Positions 56,077-64,000 of a stretch of 64,000 nt of DNA are shown here, in pieces; within the stretch, counting starts at the first letter, position 1; each line of letters opens with the position of its first letter. A model generated the notes under the pieces. That model was not told the origin of the DNA, made no database searches, and saw nothing but the letters and a program-made list of their open reading frames with translations. The stretch lies in NCBI GenBank assembly GCA_050230475.1, contig JBFLGF010000210.1, positions 1 to 64,000 on the forward strand, given 5' to 3'. The position numbers were made by a program, and so were the translations under genes. Source of the DNA: Ancylonema sp. (lineage: Eukaryota).

Positions 56077-59000
56077 TATATATATGATATCATGACCTCG
56101 ACCCAAATCTATATCATACACCGAAAACATGGATATTGTGTAATAGGTTATCTAAAATGGGTATCATAGTGGGTGGAGGACATGGTGTACGATTTTGAGA
56201 AATCGCAATTAAACATACTTTGATGATGCTAAGTAGAAGTACGGGTCCCTAAGTGCCACAGCAAGAAAATCTTGCAAGGGCCTACTCTACAACCTCCCTC
56301 TCTAAAAATCTTGAGCACCTCCCAAGAGAAATTTCGAAATATGGAAAGCTTTTGCCTTTGCCACGTGCTCTTTGAGATTATAAATAAGCAAGAGGGTAGT
56401 CAAAATAAGATCCACCCCCAAAACCATAATCATTCCTCCTCCCCATCCCACGCCTACCATCCACACATACGAAAAGTACGGAAACGTTTGGATTTGAGGT
56501 TTGAAGGGTTTTAGGGTTGTAGGGTTGAGGGTTTAAAGATGAAGGGCATTAGGGTTAAGGTTTTACAAGTAAAGAATTTTAAAGGTTTTGAAATTGAGAT
56601 TTTCAGGGTTTGAAGGTGTGAGGGTGTGAGGGTATAATGGTTTGAGCGTATAAGGGTTTAAGGGTATAAGGGTTTGAGGGTATACGTATTTGAGGAACTA
56701 GGGGGATTCAGAGATTTAGTTGCTTAAAAGATTTTAGGGTTTTAGGGTTTTAGGGTTTAGGGTTTCAGCCCCCCCACCTCCGTTTGATTCCCATCGGTAG
56801 CCAGAAACAGAGTGCTTCCCCTCCCCATCACCACCTTGTGTCGGATGCATTCGGTTGCTTGGGCGGTTGGATAATAGCATTGCTTCCCTTTTTTGCGGCA
56901 CTCATAGTGAAACTCGGGTCCGAGTTTCAGGTGCACGGCACCAAAATTTTGGGTGCGTATTTTTTCCCGGATGAATAGTTTTGCCGCTTGCATTACTGCC
57001 GGGTGGGGTTGGAGGTCTGGGATGAGGTCGCATTTGGAACTACGGTTAAAAGGAATGGTTCCCGAAATATAGAGACCTGGCACGTCGCTTAGTTGCTGGT
57101 AGAAGAGGTCCCCCATGATAAGGATCCGGGCCTTGACCGATCCGTAATGTTTTAGGAATTGTTTAAGTGTGATTGTGTTGGGGAGACGTAGGGTTTCGAG
57201 TTCTAATGTTGGTGAAAATTGGAGGTTTGGTACTTGCGACAAAAATTCGGATTTGGCGACCGATTTGGATTCGGGGCATCCGTTTTTCGCCCAACACAAG
57301 ATGTGGTCCACTACGATGGAGTTGTATTTTTGGACGAATTCTCGCGTCGTAAGCACCGTCGCGTTTCCGATGCAGTGGCGGAACGAATGGGGGTCGAAAA
57401 CGACGCGGAGGTTGAATCCGATTGGCACTTCTGATGCGTGGAGTGGCATGATGAGGGTGCGGTTGAGGAGCGCGCTCATTATCATGTGGTGCCGCATGCA
57501 CGTGATGCGGTTATTCACCTGCGCACATAGAGTGATGTTGTGCATTCACATGGATGCGGTATGTATGTTGGTATGTGTGTAGGTATGTAGGTAAGTATGT
57601 ATGCAGGTACGTATGTATGTATGTAGATATGTATGTATGTATGTATGTCTGTATGTATGTAGGTATGTAAGTATGTATGTATGTTAGTACGTATGTATGT
57701 ATGTATGTATGTATGCATGTATGTAGGTACGTATGTATGTAGATATGTATGTATGTATGTAGGTACGTATGTATGTAGTTACATATGTATGTATGTAGGT
57801 ACGTATATACGTATGTATGTATGTATGTATATATATATATGTAGGTACGTATGTACATGAATTTGTATCCAAACGTGTATGCATATTAATTTGATGGGAA
57901 GTATAATTGTAATCATATGGGATGCTCTTTGGTAAGTACATCTGCCCATACCAAACCGTGCAACGACATTCATATGTGCACTTCGGTACGTAGACCAGTA
58001 CGAGATGTGTACATACATACATACACATGTACACACGTACATACGTACCTATATGCATACATGCATTCACACATGTATACGTACATTTACGCGTACATTC
58101 ATATATACATACATACATACATACTTACATACACACATACACACTTACATACGTACAGACATACATACAAACATTTATACATACATACATACATGCGTAT
58201 GTGCGTAAACATCTACATTTAGGCAGGCAGACAGTCAGGACCAAACTTCTATGCATACATACAAATATATGTACCTACCCATGTACATACACACATGCAA
58301 ATATTTAGAAACATACATACATTCGTGTACATGTACAGAAATCCGTACCTCCATGAAATTCGTAGATGTACTCACATGCATGGGGGTGTGTAACAAATCA
58401 ACATGTGGTGAGGAATTGCGGCTGAGAATTCATATTTCAATGGTTTCAATCCACAAGTCACTGAGTCGGGGATCGGGATTTGGAATTAGGGTTTTTGGGT
58501 TTCCAGAATGACGGGGTTTGTAGAGGTTGTTTGGTGATGCTCAAGCCTTACGGTCATTGGGGTGTGGAGTTTAACATTTAGATTTTAAGGTTTTGTGCCA
58601 CCTGTCCCAACTCGCAGTGCATGAAGAGGAAGCGGTCCGGTTGGGGGTCCCACGCCAGGTGGCGCTCTCTCCTGACGCCCTCTCGGTAGCCGCGGTGGTA
58701 GAGGCCCTGCCACTTGCACGTCTGGTCCTTGGCCAATCTACGCTCATGAAATTGAGACCAATTTTTTTTTTTTTTTTTTTTTTAAAGTTTTTATTTATTT
58801 ATTACTTATGTTCCTCCTTTTTTTTTCCTTTTTTCCCCCCCTCTCCCCCTCCCCCCCTTTTTATCCTCATGATTTCTCCATGTGCTTTTCTTTTGGGGGG
58901 GGGGGGCACTTTGTGTTTGATTCTTCAGGCATTGATCAAACCATTTGCAGAGAGTAAAGTATCTGTAAAACTTTTACTGCAACTGTATGCTATATGTGTA

Positions 59001-60672
59001 ATAATGAGGTTAGGTTGATACTGGTAGGTTTTGCATGAAGCGTTCCCATTCATAATACACATTTGAGTGGGGTGCTTCCTGCGTCTTTTGCGTAATGTTG
59101 TGGTACAGCGATACATAAAAATGTTGAAGCCAATCAATCTTTCTGGCCCATTTTTTAAAAATAAAATAAAAATAAAAATAATAATGAATAAAATAAAATA
59201 AGAAACAGAGTTGTGTTAGGTTTACGCTGATGTAATCATATCGAATTTTCGAATTATTGAAACTCGAATACATTTTCTGCAGTCGTCTGGGAGAAAACGG
59301 GGATGGGGGAGGGAGAGGGTGGAGGGTGTGATAAAAGGCATACCTGGATGAAGGTGCATGAGAGTTATTAAGTTGAGTGTTAAAACCACCGAATTTGGTC
59401 ACAAGCAAACTGGAACGTTCTGGATTCGAGTCAATCTGCAAAATTCCGACCAACCGAACAACCGACCAACCGACCAATCAATTTACTAACCAAGCGAATC
59501 AAGCAACAGCCAGATCCAGTGATCCACTCTCGTACCCTTTCACTGCGTTCACACCCACTTCTCTTTTCGTATTATTTTGCCCAGATCTCTGACGTCCCCA
59601 GCATTCGGCACTCTTTTCAAGCATCATAATTTGTGACGGGATTCATTCTAATGTCCAGATTTACATGTATCCGGATGGTGATGACGTATCTGGAAATGAT
59701 GACATCATGACTGTTCCAACAGACTGGCGTTTGTTACCAGGTCATATCAAAAATCATTTACACGTACGCCTAATTGTGATATGACGTCCCAAGATGTCCC
59801 AACCAGTCAGTGCAATTGACAAATCTACAGTCATATGTCGGTATAGGTAAAATGATGTCAGTGGTACTTTTCTGGCATCACCAGAACCAATCCCGAATTC
59901 GCCTACAACGAAATCTGTGCCTCTCATTGATGTTGTGCCTATATGCAGGGCACTGCACAAGCGAGTACTGCAAAAGTGACTGTCACCACTTCCAGTATGT
60001 AAACCTTCCGACACTTAACAAACGTTTCTCCCAGATCCATGTTAAGGTCCAACTCCCGGTGAACGGTCAGATTCAGGTTTTTTATTCCGGTATTGTTTCA
60101 GGCTCCGGTTTCGTGTCCGATTTTGGTTCTGGATGTGGTTCAAGATTCAGGTCTTCCTTGGGAGGCATGTGGCGTGAATTTGGTCAATAGCCTATGGAGA
60201 TGTGACCTCATGCGCAACCATTCCACTACCCTTAACCTCGCAGGGAAACGAGAAAGGGTAAAATGGTGCCATTCTACATGGTTGAATAGTCCAAAACACT
60301 GACTTGCTTCTTTTTTCTTACATAATTCGTTTACTTGTTTACGAATTTTACGAATTTTACAGAGGAACGTGTCAGTGCTCAACGTACCGAGAGCGTGACA
60401 GCTAAGAGAATGACAAGTGGCACCAGTAGGCAGACGACGAATTGCCAGTGTCGCCAGAACGGGAATTTCCTCTGGCCCGATCGAGAGCCTCGATCGTCCA
60501 GAAAAGAAAACCAACGGATCCAGGGTCTTTTCAGCTTTAGGCGGCTGGCTAGAGGCGAAGATAACAAGTTTCTGCGGGTAGCCGTGGCCTTGTCGGAGTG
60601 GAACGTGAGGTCGGCTGCGGTATGGATGGTAGTTACTATAATGGCTGGGAGAGGTGATGCATTCTCCTCCAT
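55436..60672 (-). CDS. O-fucosyltransferase-family (plant OFUT36-like) type II membrane protein, about 539 aa, 5 exons
   Basis: Exons (minus): 60672-60388 (TM WQFVVCLLVPLVILLAVTLS), 59435-59344, 58737-58602 (WDPQPDRFLFMHCELGQ), 57518-56778 (VNNRITC...ALLNRTLIMP, GDLFY, CYYPTAQATECI, FLATD), 55801-55436 (KTVCALATIFQGSAKSSFSADIERLR). The first two exons are less certain. Confidence 0.85.
55983..56090. repeat. (TA)n microsatellite, intronic
   Basis: Seen directly. Confidence 0.95.
56508..56765 (+). repeat. Degenerate telomere-like (TTTAGGG/TTTTAGGG) tract in an intron
   Basis: Perfect TTTTAGGG x3 plus TTTAGGG at 56732-56762, preceded by degenerate TTGAGGG/ATAAGGG units. Confidence 0.7.
57560..58325. 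repeat. (TATG)n followed by inverted (CATA)n tetranucleotide tracts, intronic
   Basis: TATG-rich 57560-57860 and CATA-rich 58010-58325. Confidence 0.9.
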
Positions 60673-61484
60673 CCCTGGTATCAGTCCTGCATTGCAACGA
60701 AGTCAACGGGGCAGGAAAGTAAAAGACAGCACAGAACAACAACTGCTCTGCGCACTATGCACTTGCGTAGGGCTTTTATGAATGCAAATGGGAACTGGAG
60801 TAATATATGAGCAGAAAAAAGACGCATCCGGGTACGAATTCCTCTAAACTGCCAGTACCTCATCGTATATCTCAAACATGTCGAGACGGATCTGAGACAC
60901 AGTCCACCTGGTCTATGTCAGAAATCTCAAGGCGAAAATGCGATCAATTCTCAATCTGCCCTTCGTAGGATTTTCCCCGGCTTCCAAGGGAGACGCAAGA
61001 GGCATTCGGTCGGGCCTGCCGGGAGAGCAAATTCAATTCACTAATTTGAATCCAGAAAGAAGAGGGAACGGATTTCGTCTGGGGGGGGGATTCTAGAGGT
61101 CAAATGCACCAGGAGCAGCAGCACGAAATAGATGTCACAAGTACGGAACGTACAGGGTACCGTACAGTGCTCTGGTCGGTATTCAACGTCGGTTCAGTGC
61201 ATTTGGGGAGAGTACACACTTCAGTGTACGGAAAAGCGGATCTTGCGGCTGGGTATCCTTGCAGTTAACAGTCAGTTGTTCGGCCTGACATCCGACCTGA
61301 CTTCACAGGCCAGCATATTCAAGTTGTCGCTCCACACAGGGGCCCATTGGTAGCTTGTGACTTGACGTGACAGCCTGCTTTGGTTGCCGTACTCGTGGTG
61401 AACTCAGTGCCTAACGGATAACAGTCCGACTGAGGCTGGTAGGGACGTGAAGCGGACTCATGCGTGAGAAGAAACGCGGAAGGA

Positions 61485-64000
<2,516 letters not shown>

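Noticed and set aside
59010..59150. Possible extra OFUT exon (DWLQHFYVSLY...)
   Set aside because: I found no phase-compatible donor, and the flanking exons join in frame without it.

Overview
Eukaryotic, intron-rich nuclear DNA from a green plant. The gene content and simple-repeat-filled introns suggest a streptophyte alga or an early-diverging land plant (inference). I assembled eight protein-coding genes by hand from GT-AG exons with consistent phases: a CinA-like/nucleotidylyltransferase fusion (-), a NAK/AAK1-family kinase (+), a plastid ACT-domain ACR11/12-like gene broken by an assembly gap (+), ATP-dependent PEP carboxykinase (-), a conserved plastid-type membrane protein (+), CGL20 (-), an O-fucosyltransferase-family protein with an altered donor-binding motif (-), and the 5' part of a WW-domain TGS1 (+). 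Intergenic DNA holds a 478-bp nearly loopless palindrome and a 5'-truncated CRE-like (restriction-like endonuclease) non-LTR retrotransposon. The retrotransposon is nested with a 7-bp target duplication in an older repeat whose empty site is also in the window. There is also a Tourist-like MITE, a Copia gag remnant, several short-motif MITE-like elements and many micro- and minisatellites. I saw no RNA genes, CRISPR arrays or clearly novel multi-gene system. Most entries in the ORF track are spurious.
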